Assembly (NCBI GenBank): GCA_000708835.1
Contig: DF236952.1
Span: forward strand, 124,001-188,000
Direction of reading: 5' to 3'
Origin: Klebsormidium nitens
Taxonomy: Eukaryota > Plantae > Klebsormidiophyceae
Length of the DNA: 64,000 nucleotides
Part shown: positions 12,801-26,220 of the stretch, in pieces
Position numbering within the stretch: position 1 is the first letter of the stretch
Layout: every line of letters starts with the position of its first letter
The notes under the pieces: model-generated
What the model saw: only the letters and a program-made list of their open reading frames with translations
Told to the model about the DNA's origin: nothing
Database searches by the model: none
Translations under genes and position numbers: made by a program

Positions 12801-15800
12801 CTACTCAAGACCTTCAGGATGATGATGGAAGGTTGAAACAATACATAACGACTAGCCCCGGAACATCATAACAAATGAAACGCTGGAGCAGGAAGAGCCC
12901 GCGACCTGACCTTGACAAGAGCGCAGATTCGCACGTCTGCCCTGAATCATATGGGGCAGAACAAGCAAAGACACTTGGGTATGATTGAAGCGCATTTGGA
13001 ACTTACCGAGAGTGCCAGGACGCGACCGGTTGTAATGAAACGGTCCACCTTGTACGACATCTGCATACGAGGAGATGCGATGTAACCATTCAAAAGAGCA
13101 AAGAGTGCTGATCCCATAAGGGGAGGCAGTGATGTTGGTAAACGAAACGGTCAGTCGTGGGATCGATGCGGATTGGTAGGAACAAACTCTGACATACGTA
13201 GTACAGTAATCGGATTGGTAAGTAGCCCGCCGGCAGCGAAAACAATGATTGGCGGTGATGCTAGACGGACCAGGGCTGGTGGCGTTTAGCACGTCTTGTA
13301 CGATCATGCTTTCCTTGAAGAGGGCGTCAAATCTCAAAGCGCAGTAGTGGCAACTGAGTCCTGGCAAAAACCCTCATCGGACGGACCACAATGATAGTTT
13401 GCCTCAGCGACCAGGTTGCCCTATTTTGCGGTATCCGGTCGCCGAGGCGTTCCGGCTCATAGGAAGCCCTGTTCAACAATTTCTAGTTCAGGTCGGCCTC
13501 TACAGCCCAATCAAACCCAAGCTGATCCAATGGTTCTGTGCATCCGTTGCAAGAAAGGACGACCCAAGCAGCATCCTCGGGTGTAATCAACCGGAAAGCT
13601 ACTCCTAAGACAATATAAGAAGCAGTTCATAATGCGACTGTTGTTGTAACCCACCATGAAGCCGTTGGTCAAAGAGTCCGAGCCTGGGCCCGTAGAGAAG
13701 GCGACGATCACCGACGGGTCGTAGATGCTCAGCGATTGGACGGTGGTGATCCCCGAGAACGTGTTGGGATACCCCATGCCTACTTGAAGCACCACCTGGG
13801 AGAGCAAAGCGGGACTAAGTTCAATATATGAGAAACTAACTGGCTCACGTTGTTGCAATGCTTTTGGATTGATCTTAAGCCGGTCGAAGGGACAGGCAAT
13901 CCGGTCGGGTGTGTGCTGAGGGACAACCGGGTTACTAGCCAGAGACGCCTGAAAAAAAACCAAGTCAGGAAGGTGGAATACGCGATTAGGGCGAGAACCA
14001 GGTCACAGAGAGAGTCCACCCGCGAACGCGCAGACGGTGCGCACAGCGGAATATGGTACGTGTCAAACGCGGTGCAGGACTAGAAACTTCTGCGGCAGCT
14101 CAAGTTCGACGAAGTTCCATGGGAGGACACAACGAACAATTTGACTCACAGCCTGCAAAATGTTCGAACTACCATTTCTACAACGGTTGTCAGGTACAAC
14201 GATGAAGATTTGAAAAACGGTGCCGAGTCTTACTCTCTGCCTGTTCCGGTTGTCGATGCTGTAGATCGTGAGAGAGTTCCCCGTAGTGAGGTCCAGCATG
14301 TAAAGGGAGAGCACGATTGTCCCGGGGTTGCTGAAGGGCCCAATCGCCCAAGTACAAGTCTGGCCCGGAATCTGAAGGGTCTGCATGGAGGGAACAGGAA
14401 TCCAAGTCAAGTCAGGAACGAATAAAGGAGCTCCAAAGAGGAGAGACATTTCCAAGTGAGGTCGATGATTTTCGACGGTGGCTCGTTTCCAAAACGTTCG
14501 TTTCATGCCCGCTGTTTGTCCCCGTACAAGGGGACTTAGTAACGGCGTACGCTTCATAAGCGCCCCGCTTTTGGGTGCGCTGAAGGCTTTTGGGAAAATT
14601 TTCATGGTCCCGTTTCCGAACTTTAGTAGAGGTATACCAAACGCATCCAATTGGTCCATTGACCCGCTATTGATCCAGGGACCAGATATCAATCACAAAT
14701 CTCTTCTACTTGAACCCCATTCGCTACGACAGAAGGACCTGATTTTCTTTGTCGAACTAGTGGCAATCACTAAAACCGGGCAACTTCAACTACGAGGATA
14801 AGATACAACAACGAACATACTCAGCTCCGAGGTGGTAACTTTGATCTCCCTGCATACCCATGCCACTCCCTTAAAACAATATTTCGCTCTAATAGATCTG
14901 TATCTGCCGGAATGTGGCATTGATACTGCAGAAACGCCGCATTAAGTTTCTGTTTTTTCGTCGTCTGCCCTCGCTTTGGCAGCTTGCTATCACGATTCTG
15001 ACGATCCATCTATGGATCAACTAATGATGCACGTACCTGGATGCCGCCGCCGCCCCCTGCAATGACGCCGCCCCCATTGCCGGTAACAGTCTCGGCGCCC
15101 GAACAGAAGCTGGAGTAGTCAATTGGAATGCTGCCGAGGTCGATGTCGCCCTTGAAGCCAGCGGCATTGGATGGCGAGATGATAATAGGCCTCCTGCAAA
15201 GCAAGGAACGGTTCGTCAACACCTTCTTTTGAAAACGATCTGTTCGTCGATCAAGACAGTCACTTGAGCATGATGACTTTTTTGTGAAGGCTCTTCAAAC
15301 CGTGGGCATGAATCGAGCCCCCATCGCTACTTACTACAGTTACAATGATCGTTCAATAGGTGCTCGCTCGGTAAGCTTCCCTTTAACACCAGATGTCAGA
15401 AAGTCCATCTTCCCCCCGCACCACAGAAGTGCTCATGCGAGTGCAATCGCATACGGTGCAAAGACTTTCATAACGCTGTTGCAGCAGCAGCCGCCACATC
15501 AAAAGGCAGTGACTTACCTCAGGTGGATAGGGCCTTTTGCCATTCGGCTCCCCTCGGCACTAAGAAACAAGCTGCAGCGAAATACTGGTCGGCGTCAGCT
15601 TGACAGTCAAACTTCACGAAAAAGAGAATTGATGTCCCTGCAGAAAAGCGGCAAACGTCCAGCGAAAACTATTTGATCAACATAGGACTCATCTGTCAAG
15701 GACCAACGGAGAAGGCCTTTCCCGAAAATACAAGGTATAGTTCATTAAGGGCCACTCGTCAAAGTCTCTTTGAACTTGATAGTCCAGCCTACAATTCGCG

Positions 15801-16950
15801 GCAGGAGAGACTTACAAAGGTCGCATCAACGAGGTTATCCAAGATACTTGATCAAAGAATTGGCTCAACCTTGATACACAAGCGTCAGGATGCAAACATC
15901 ATACCTGTATGTCCAGGTCGGGTCAACCCAAAAGGAGGAGGTGCCGTCGCTAAGGGTCTGATTGAGTTGCATGGAATCTGCCAAAAAAAATATATATTGC
16001 TGTCAAGAAAGAAGAGACGTTTGACAGCAATCCGAACAAAAAAAAGAACAGATCAGTCTGCACTTGTGGAGTCAAGCCCAAAAGCCTGAAGTCCTCGATG
16101 TCTTCTACAACAAACTCAAGGTTTGGCTTGCCAGGTAGTGGTATCCTGGGCGGTGCAAGAGGGCCCAAGGACCAAATGCTGTGAGATTCCGACCTAAGAA
16201 TCAGCGAATAAGCAGGTGAAGCAGGGACTGCCCGAACAACAACGAGACCCTCAATGGGTATGGGCCTCCTCATCATGGCCTGGCCTCAGCTTGGAAGGAA
16301 AAGCCCTTCGACTAGCTTATCGTTTGCAAGGGGGCATTCTCTTGGATACGGTCTCTGTAGGCACCAGAGTAGATTCAAAGATAGAATTGACTTACTCTCG
16401 GAAACCAATTGAGCCATTGCAAAAGGCACAACCACACCATCCAGGAATCTGCAAGAAGCATCAAACGGCGATCAAACCTGTGATTGCTTAATGATTGCTT
16501 GCCTTACTTTGAAACACTCTGTGGAGGGGCTTTGAATGTGGCTCCTCGCCAAACTCGTTTTTGGTGCACATCATCTCCTGAACTTAGTGGCGAGCGTTGT
16601 CCTTCCAAGAAGCATTGGCAGGTGGCTTGCACATTCACGGCTCGTTCCGCACATCAACTACGCAAGTGCTCAGTGATTCTTTGATCATCTTCTACTTTCA
16701 CTTCGCTGAGGAATCAAGACACCGCAGGCCTTCACTTGAAAAGAGGGCCGCAGACTTTATACCTCACGGTGAAAGTGAGCAAGACGGGCGGGGCACGAAC
16801 GGCGTTGCTGTCGTTGCGAGTGGTCATACCGAAGGCCGGGGTCATACTTGAGGGCAAGGCATCCCGCCTCCCCCCTTCACTCAGGCTTCTCTCCGCCATC
16901 ATGAGCACAAGAAAGGATAAAGCCAAGCCTGTTTTCATGTGGGGCGCCAT
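9839..16950 (-). CDS. Type-I membrane protein: signal peptide - CUB-like ectodomain - TM - RING-H2 (receptor-like E3 ubiquitin ligase)
   Basis: Exon 16763-16950 begins MAPHMKTGLALSFLVLMMAERSLSEG (signal peptide-like). CUB exons lie at 15037-15193, 14234-14380 (TLQIPGQTCTWAIGP...LDLTTGNSLTIY) and ~13645-13795 (DPSVIVAFSTGPGSDSLTNGFMVGY), with further ectodomain sequence at ~12975-13310. TM exon 11662-11886 encodes LIWAGGGFAFLLIIFLIFTLLQRRQRR. Exon 10638-11172 ends CAICLVEYEEGTCLRPLPCEHAFHT and exon 9839-10209 starts ACIDMWLKKDPSCPLCK, completing a C3H2C3 RING with matching phase. Some ectodomain exons are unresolved. Confidence 0.8.
11820..12165 (-). repeat. Two intronic decayed copies of the TM-exon start
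   Basis: Real exon start at 11886. Copy at ~11948-12040 reads LQLIWAGGGFTFLLIIFLVFTLLQRR and retains the tttgcag acceptor; a more deleted copy lies at ~12095-12165. Confidence 0.9.
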
Positions 16951-17605
16951 AGCTATGTGCAATCAATACAATGCTTTACTGATCTTGACTTTCTTGAGAG
17001 GCCGGTCTAACAAAAGAAAGTAGATTGGTATAGGACGACGGTCCCTCTGAGCTGCGTCTGCCTGTAACTGGCTCAGAGCGAGAAAAGATAGGCTGGATGC
17101 CGCTCTCAAGCTCGCACAGCACTTTGCTGTCAGGACTGCACCATACCATTTCAGCGCTTCTTTAGCTCAGGAGTAACCCTCCCAGATGAATACTAAAAGG
17201 TTCTGGCTGCAATCTTACAGAATTTGAGCCCCATTATGTATCCAGCAAGCGCTTCAGCCCACACAACACGTCGTCATTCTGTGAACATTGTGACTGCCCA
17301 GGAATCTTCTCCCTTCACTTTCCCGAGGGGTTTGTCACCGTTTTGTGGCAGGTTTGCTCCCTAACCCACTTCTTGCTGACGTACTAGGTTACATTGCGTA
17401 CTACTGAAGGGGCGGGTGCGCTCGTCAGCCACTTGACTAGAGGCTAGGGTTAGCCAACGCCAATGTTGTCCCCGACTCCGAGTGATTGCTTCAAATTCAA
17501 TTCTTGCGCCATGAGCTTCAGCCCGGCCAGCTCATGCAAGACGGCATTGTGATTTTGCTGCAAGAGTTGGACTAAAGCCTGCGAGGCGTCTTACGCTCTC
17601 CAAGG

Positions 17606-20600
17606 ATGCCAGGACCTGGAGCAAGCTCCTTCTCACATGCCTGGTCCAATGCATCCCGGTGGCTGCAGCGAGGGGTCAGTACGTCCGCCAGCAGGCATGC
17701 AGGGGGCGATGTCAGCAGGAGGGCCGCCAATCGCCGCCTAGCTGCACGAGGCGCTGTTGTGGTTGCAACTGCGACGACCGCAGCTGTTGCTTATGACCAC
17801 TACCGTCGCTCGAAGGGACAACCTTCTGTATTGGAGGAATTCAAAGCATTTCTGAATGACGCGCTGAGGGTGGGAAGCGGGGGGGAGGATGAGGAGAAGC
17901 AGGGGCATCTGCACGCTCCACTTGCTCTGGCATCTCTGTCGCTTGCGTCAGTGTCAATGGCGAGCACAACTGCTGGGGCATCGGACAGTCTGGAAAGCGC
18001 TGTGGAGCCCCGGACGGGGTTGAGGTTTCCTAAAAAGGTCTGCATTCTGAAACCTGCTAGTACAATGTGGTGGCGCCGGGTGCATTAATAGAGCAGCTGT
18101 ATCAGATGCCTTACTGCACAATACATACATCATCAAACAGCGCGTCTTGAAAAGGCGCCTACTTGTCGCCCTCGTTTGTCAGTGCTTGCAAGCTTCAAAG
18201 ACCTTGAGCCCATTAGCCTATGCTTGGAAGTTGCTCAAGCATACTGTGTTGTTGGGAAGACTTGTGGTTGGGATTTTTGGTGTTTATATGTGCCCCTTCC
18301 CGGCATCCTGACCTCTTCTGAATCTTTTTTGGATGATGTGGAGCTCATGTGGGGGCAACACAGCCTGCCTTCATATCTTCGCTCTTAGGATTCTTCCCAA
18401 GCGCTTGGTTGTTCCATTCATTTCACCCCAATTCTTTGACGTGGCCACTGCTTTTTAGGTTGCAGATTGGAGATGTTGGTCACTGTGAGATCAAGCCCTT
18501 TTATTCACGAAGTACCACAAAAAGACAGTGACCAAATGATTTCTGGAGGTCAGACAATCGCCGGATGATTAGTATGAGCTTGATCAATCACTCTGGAAGA
18601 CAGCTCTCACTTGCCTGGGACCACTTCTTGAGGTGAATTTCAATGTAAGCCCGCATTCCAACGCCTCTTCACCTTCTGACTGGGTGCATTCACACTTTGT
18701 GCATGACCGTGTGCATTCACACTTTTTGTGCAGGTGAAACCAGAGGACGCACCAAAGGGGAAAGAGTGGGAGCTGGCCGGGCTGGGCCTGCGGTCCAAGA
18801 ATCTCTTTGGGCTCAAGTCAATAAAGGTGTATGCCTTTGGACTGTACGCAGAACCCGGTGCTGTCAAGGACGCCCTCTGCGCAAAGTATGGCACGTTCTC
18901 GCCCGAGGTGCTCAAGTCCAACAAATGGTTCCTTGAGGATCTGCTGGCCAGCAAGAACGACATGGCTGTGCGGCTGGTGGTGAGTTCGAGTACACGAAAA
19001 TCATCCATTCGAGGACAAAGAGAGTCAGTGTTTGCTGGTCTTGTTCTTAGGATGGTGTTGATCTGCTTTGTTGGTCTGATTCCGAAACCCTGGTCTTGCT
19101 GTCACTCAACCATCCAGGAACTCATTGTTTGGATAAGGCCCCCTTAAAAGATCCAGATTCCGCCTCAGCATCACCTCCGACAGCCCCTAGGCTTGGTTCC
19201 AAACTGACTCACTCCGCTCTGTCTGGGTAGATAAAAACGGCTTTGGCGGAGCGATTCCCTATGGAAATCCCACTGCTGAGAGAGTAAAGACGGATCTGTT
19301 GCAGAATTGTGGATGGTTCTGTTCATGTCAACGGAACCTGTGAAGTTAACATAGTGCCGTCGGAACAGTTCTGCTGAGGGTATAAATGGACTCGAAGCAG
19401 CTCTCTTTGGACGCCTTCTTGAACAGATTGCTCATCAGATTTTCCGAAAACTGGAAAGCGTGGCTCGGATCGACGTTGCTTCATAGTACGGATGATCGAA
19501 GCGCATTTCTACTTCGTATCAGGATTCAGGAAGTTCTGGTTACCTCGTTGCACATGTTATTGCTTATCTACACAAGCAGCTCAAACGATGGATTTGATTC
19601 TAAGTGCAAACCCGGACTCACATTCAGAGGCAACTCGAAAAGAGTTCTGAGCTCTGCTTGATTGTTTCTTCTCGTTGCTGTCCGGTCACTGCCTTCACGG
19701 GAGTCCAAACACTTGGTCAAAGGTTCTGATCTGGTCATTTGACAGTGTTACTACTCCTGCGTTCGGAGCCAATCCCAAAATCTACTGAATTCCGCTCATC
19801 TCGCTCTGAAAACGGATAAGCATTTTAAGAGAACTCTTTTAGTTTAGAAATTGGAGTGCGACTCCTCCTTCCTTCTCGCTTGGATGCGGCAGTACGGAAC
19901 GCAATCTTCATGCATTCGTGAAAAGCTTATGTAGGGATTCTCGAAAGGTAAGGGACAGGCAAGGGATCGTGTCGTCTTGCGCCCCCTTTTCTTGGAGTTC
20001 GTGTCGGACACTCCTCAAAGTCGCCCTTTTGTTCGTCCAGATCTACTACAGCAAGCTCAAGATCGGCAGCGTCCGCAAGGCGTTTGAGGAGTCCGTTGGG
20101 GAGCGCCTCCGGAAAGTGAGCCCGGACAACTCCGACACAGTGCTCCAAAAGTTCACCAACCTCTTCTCGGATGACATCCCCCTGCAGCGGGGCACGATCA
20201 TCGACCTCCGCAGGACGAGTGCCGGCAACCTCAATGTGACAAGTAAGTACCACGTCAACAATTGATCTTGACTTGCGCATTAGCTGCGTAAGGGAAGCGG
20301 ACTGTGCCTTTGGAGCGGTTTGAAGAAAAGAGAAACTTACATGGCGTGGATTGGTATAAAAGGGGATCCTGGCAACGAGATTCTGAAGGCATCTCTTGGG
20401 CTCGTCAATTGCATGACGTTATGCAAAGCTTTGAGTACATGGACAGCGCTTGGTGTCCTTTGTGTCACCGGAAAGTGTGAGGCTGTCGGAAGAGCATCTA
20501 ATAGCTGTGAGAGAAAGGCTCCTTCTCTTGCATGGCCGACGAATCCTGCAAAGGATTTCTGTTTTAAACAGACGAACACCGCTCGGAGTCACTTCATAAT

Positions 20601-21102
20601 GAACTTTTCCTGAAAGGCAATTCGCCAGAAGAGCATCTTGAAAGCGTGAAAGAAGGGCCCCGTCCCTTGCACGGCCGATGGGCCATTTTTGCCATCCATC
20701 CCCAAAAATTCTCTGGTCGTTTAAACTTGGCGGGCAACCCGCCTCAGAGGGGCGCGACAAATGATTTCATGGTCATGATCACTCCGATGTAGTCATACGG
20801 CAGCAGGCTGAAGGACCGCTCTGGTCTGCCCACGCAAGAACGAGAAGGGCTATGTTCTAGAGCACGACCTAATGGTGGCAACTTTGTTGCTTGGCAAGGA
20901 GCACTCGGTTTCAGTTTGACTGGGAGTTTTTCAGGACCTTATACTCTTTCCGTTGTTTTACGCAGTTGACGGCAGGAAAATTGGAACTGTCCAGAGTCAT
21001 GCCCTGGGCCACGCCCTGTTCGACTTGTACATTGGGGACCCTCCCTTCGACAAAGGGGCCAAGGAAGAGATGGGCATGTCCTTGGCACGTATGCTGAAGT
21101 AG
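17606..21102 (+). CDS. Chalcone-isomerase-fold fatty-acid-binding protein (FAP1/FAP2-like)
   Basis: Exons 17606-18037, 18734-18979, 20041-20242 and 20966-21102 have canonical sites and a continuous frame. Motifs: VEPRTGLRFP, LAGLGLRSKNLFGLKSIKVYAFGLY, YSKLKIGSVRKAFEESVGERL, ALFDLYIGDPPFDKGAKEE. Confidence 0.9.
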
Positions 21103-22393
21103 AAAAGCTGTAGAGTTTGTACAGACGGTGGCGTCCCGCCATGTAGATTAAATTCGGATTCGTGAGTCCAACTGTAAGTACTTAGGTTGTGCATGCGCGT
21201 TGCTTGATTGTTCGGATTTGAGGACGTGGAGTTTCCAGGGGCATTTGGATTACTTTTCACTGCTTTCATTGAGGTTCCACCTTTGAGCTTAGTATTCAAG
21301 ACCGCCGTCGCCCGTGCATGTTCCCGGACACCTAAACGGCTCGTCGCCTTGCTGCACGGCGCGATCGGTTGTGGATGCAGTGATTGGGCTGCATTGCTAT
21401 AGCTACTTTCGAAGCTGCGCGGTTCTATCGAGTAGATTCGGAGTCATGTAAGTTATAGTTCAGCCTTCTCTGATCTGCATGCAATCATATCCGCGGCCCG
21501 CTAATTGGCAATCAATGGCGTCCCGAATCAACGGGGCACTCAAAGAGTGCTCGACTATTGCCATGATAGCTTTGCATGGCCGCCCGCCGAGAATGCAGAA
21601 GTAAATGTTAATTGCCCTTACATGCTCACTAGTTTGCCATCATGCCTGCCGGGCCCGCGGATGGCATGCTTCCAGAACATGGCATGCATGTGACTTTTTT
21701 GGCTGCCGACGAAGGGATGCGATCAGGTCTTTAATTAATTGCATAGTTGACTACCATAGTTCGTCACGTCTTTGTTGGATAACGGACATAAATCTAACAA
21801 GCCTGCGCCTGAGCCGGCCGCAGGTTGTGCATGAGGATTCATGATCGATGAGTTCAGGTTTGCCAGAATGCACAAACTCACGACGAAAATCAAGCTGTAA
21901 GCTTGTCGTGATTGGGTTCAGAAGAGAATTGTAAGGTTGTTCACTCAGGACTCAGCGTCCGACACATGTGGAATTATCATCGAGAAGGCATGCAGGTCAT
22001 GTACATATTTTGCATCAGACATTCAACGTGTTTAGTTTTTTGGCGAGAAACCGATCACCTGACTGCGAATTTTGCAGAAGAATAATGCACGGGATCCGCA
22101 TATGGCAACAACTTGGAAGTTCGAAGTTCGAAGCAAGGTCAATTATACCTACGAATACACTCTACAGTTACATCCTACGAAAATTTAAGTTGTCAAGTGA
22201 GCGTCTCTGGGCGCTTCAGCATAACATCCATCTCTCTTTTTACACATCAATTAGCAAGTTAGTCATTTTTGTGAAGTATGAGCTTCTAGTTGGTTAGGTG
22301 AAAGCAACGGGGAAAGCAACGGGGAATCAGGAACGTTATTTCCAGTTTTTTTCCAACAGATCCAGTAGAGCCCACTTTCTTGATTATCCCGAA

Positions 22394-25310
22394 TCACAGC
22401 ATCTTCCTGCCATACGGGTACGTCACGGAAGGTCCGCACCCCGTGTTGGCGGTACCGACCGCGTTCCCGGACGCAGGAAAGTTCTGCTTGATGGCTTCGA
22501 TGGCGGACGCCTGCGCATTGAACGCGACCTGGGAGATGCTGGTGGGGATGCCGGAAGGCAGGAAGATTGCGCTCCCAATCCTCTGCAAACGGTAAGAGCG
22601 ACTGTGTTCAGCCGCACGATACGTTTGCGTTGCGATCGGACGGTTGGCAGGGCGTACGTGGTGGATTGCACCAGAATCTGCAGAAGTCTGGACAGAAAGT
22701 AGGTGTTTTTCGTGGTGAGAGTTCCAGGTCTTTCCCGCTTAAGATCTCAAGGGCGAACGGAAAGGGAGCCTGACTCGACTGGCCGAATCAACACACGCTG
22801 GAATAACAGAGGGGCGCACAAGGAACTAGTATGCACACGTCCCTGCTTCTGATTCGTCCGTTGGGACGGAAACCTACCTCGAAGCTGCGTGTCCCTAGGC
22901 TCATGCCGGAGAGTTCTGACCAGTTTTGAACGCCCGTCTCACAACCGCTGATCTCTCTGCCTTGGACACGGCAGACTGCCCACGACAGCGAAAGACAAGC
23001 GAGTGACGTCATGAGGCCTCGTATGCAGTTCTCAAGCTTTCGCTTACCTGCGTTCCCGGGTTCTGGCTATTGAGGGCCGCCAGGCGCCCTGGCTCCGCTG
23101 TTCGGGCTGGTGACTGATCGGCAATGAAAACCCCTCAAACGTAGTTGAACCCGATTATCAAACCCAAAATCGCAAACCCTGGTTTACTAACCTGGGTTCC
23201 CGGGTTCTGGCTGTTGAGCGCAGCAAGCGCCCTGGCTCCGCTGTTCGAGTTGGTGTTCTGCTGGAAGTGGATCAGACCGCGGGGGAAGACGAACGCGTCG
23301 CCCACGTTCAGGGTCGTCGAGAACAGAGTGTCTGCGGGAGAAGAGCAATGACGTCAGCAGACGGACTACGCAAGTGGGGCAAACGACGGTGACGTAAGAA
23401 ACGGGGAAAGGAAAGCATGCTCACGTTGAGCGTCCTGTAAGTGCAGCGTTTCCGGCAGACAGGGTGACGTCAGCATCAGTAGTTTCTAGGGAGATGAGTG
23501 CTAAGTCTTGCTTATGTTGGCGGCGGGTGCGAACAGAAGCGAAGGCTGCAGTCCCGCTCATCTTAATCAGTGTTCAATACGAATCGCCATCTTCGTGCAC
23601 CCGTTCAAGCAAGGACTCTGGAACCAAGCTTTGCATCTGCAAGCTTCTACAAATTGCAGAATGTCGTCGAATTGATCGAAAGAATTGATTGGAGATTTTG
23701 AAGACAGGAGCGGAGACTATTAGTCAGATTTGACAGGTTGTTGGGAAGAAGCGGATTGCTGAAGTGAACGCCTTCAAGGCGACTGAAATTCCCTCTGACA
23801 CTGAGTCGCTGATACAGATCGAATGAGGCAAAACTGGGTGCGAGGCTCACTGTTGGTGTCAACGAAGCCGACGTACAGCTGGCCTTCGATGACATACAGA
23901 ATCTCCGTTGCGCGAGGATGGGTGTGGATCGGGCTGGACAAAATCCCAAAGGAAAGGTCAGGTTTGGACCTGGAGAACGCTCCAGGTAGATCGTTCAGGC
24001 AGTATTTATATTTGTTGGATCATTGTCAAGCACCACAAACTATCAGAATCAAAATCACGGGTGGAGCGTGCTGGAAAAATCTTGAAAATTTTCAGTGACT
24101 CACTTCTGGCCGCACGGCGCATAGTTGACGAAAGTGTAAGAGATGCCCTGGGACCTGCACGGGTAACAATGTTCGACTCGATTGGCGGGTTCGTAATATT
24201 CAATGGCAGTTCAGTGGTGATAGGTTAACTACTTTTTTCTCAACTGATTAGAAGTATCCTTTAAGCCTTTAGAAGATCTATCATCAGCCCACTAGGACAA
24301 CAAGTTTGGAGAGGGGTATCCTCTGCGGAGATGATAGAAATTGTCGAGCAGCCCACACAAGAGTTGAGTAATCCGCAATGACGACGAAAAGCCGTGTGCG
24401 CTCAGCACTTGCATGCGCGATCAACCTTTCCTGACACTGAGGGATCCCTTGGAGAGGCACTGGAGGGGTTCGAAAGCCTTACGTCAAAGCAGGGAACGTT
24501 GCGGCGTTGGCAGACTTGGCGGCGCTGCCCTGGCCTGACGTCACATTGACATTGTTGAGCCCTCGAAATGCGAAGTTGGCGCCCGTCACTGCAGCACACC
24601 AAACGGCATCAGGGCAATTGATCTTGAGGTAGGTAGGTCGAAGATCGCCGAAATTGTATTGACTGAAATACGGTGTCCATGACAGTTGGTTTCGCCCAAC
24701 GTCGTTCAACAAGGGGTTGGAGCAAATTTTTAGTGGACTTTCAGAGCTGTCGAACAGAGCCACTTGCCTACACCGGTATGAGGCCTGCCATAAGGCAGCG
24801 GAGCTAAGATCTACTGTGAGTCAAGCTCCAACAAAACGCCAACTGAGTTTGGCTGATCGGGGACGTATATGCGAATGTTTATGAGCTGGACACAGACTCA
24901 GGCATCAACAAAAGCTGCCAAGCGGACCTCACAATCTCAGCAGGTGCCGTTTCAGAAGTTGCTCCGGTCTCACCTGGGTCATGTAGTCGATGTCATGAAA
25001 GGTAGGGTGACAGCAATACCTTATTCAAAAAGCCCACACAAGAAACCTAACCCAATAAAACCTAGTAACCCAAAAATCACATGCTTTGCACAGGTTCCCC
25101 TGGCCGGTAACACCACCCGTACTCCATGAGTTACTCATCATGGCGCTTTCGCGTTAACCTCATGAAAAAGATCATTAAAATCTCACCTGGGGCCCCATTG
25201 GCTCCGGACAGTACGAAGTCAACGAGCGGGTCCGCATCCGATGCGCAAGCGACAGCGGCAACCGCCGCGAGGACGAGCAACGCCAAGGCAGTGCGAGAGC
25301 TCAGGGCCAT
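22394..25310 (-). CDS. Germin-like / spherulin-like cupin, copy A (secreted)
   Basis: Six exons (25187-25310, 24483-24588, 24104-24154, 23851-23933, 23192-23331, 22394-22582), frame intact. Signal peptide [23 protein letters not shown]. Germin box 1 [15 protein letters not shown] and box 2 [16 protein letters not shown] retain the His/His/Glu/His metal ligands. Confidence 0.92.
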
Positions 25311-25844
25311 TCAGCCTTAGGGCTCTGTAATGCCTTACTAAATATTTGTTGCAAGCGAATTCTTCGCGTTGCCCACTCTAGCGAAAAAAGCCAAACTGCA
25401 CGCACGAATATCGTGGATTATTGATTCTGCCGATCTGTGGGAATGCTAGAGCTGGTGTTGTGGGGTACTCGGAGCAGCCAGTAGGCGATGCTCCGTGTAT
25501 CTAAGTATCGACTTTGGGCTGCCAGTCTTGGTAGTTCTGGGCAGTACTTGACAATCTCAGGACTGTTGCCAGTCAGTGGAGAGTTGTGAGAGGATTTGTT
25601 GGAAACAGCTCGGGTCGTTGTGCTACTGTTGGATGTGTCGCTGGTTCTCAAGCTTTTGTATGAAAGTCTGTGGAGAGCACGTGGACTCTTCAGTTGCTGG
25701 AGACGACCAGCTACAATTCATGACGTGCATAAGGTGACTGACGCAAAACGGACAAAGAAGCCAAACATTTTTGGGAATAGACTGCTCGTCGACGCATAGA
25801 ATTTCATAACGGGCACTGCTCATTCAGCACAACCGAGTAACTTT

Positions 25845-25884
25845 GGTGGGGTTGGTGGGCGGGTTAGGGTGGGCTGGGGTGGGC
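25845..25884 (+). other. Potential G-quadruplex-forming tract
   Basis: GGTGGGGTTGGTGGGCGGGTTAGGGTGGGCTGGGGTGGG contains seven runs of at least 3 G with 1-5 nt loops. Confidence 0.55.
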
Positions 25885-26220
25885 TGTGGCGGAACGACTT
25901 AGGGTGTCTCTCGCCGACTCTCTTGCGGTTCCGAAAAATGTTTGGCTTCTTTGTGCCCCTTGCGTGACTGACTAGTCTCAGAATCAGAGTCAGTCAAGGT
26001 TAGCCAGTGCAGATGGCACTACCGGTACCTCTGCAGAGTCAAATAGGTACCGCAAAATAGGTGACACCGTGACACCTGCCCTCGGCCGCCGGCGTGGGAG
26101 TGCTCCGCGCAGCTTCCGTCGACTTCTTTCGTTGACTTCCGATATTTCGCACTGCGCAGTGACTGTTCCGGGCAGTTTTTGTAATACTATAAAACAGCGT
26201 GGCTGACTCAGCACTGAGCA

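Noticed and set aside
25040-25078. Telomere-like (CCTAA/AACCC) stretch
   Set aside because: Too short and degenerate; it lies inside germin A intron 1.
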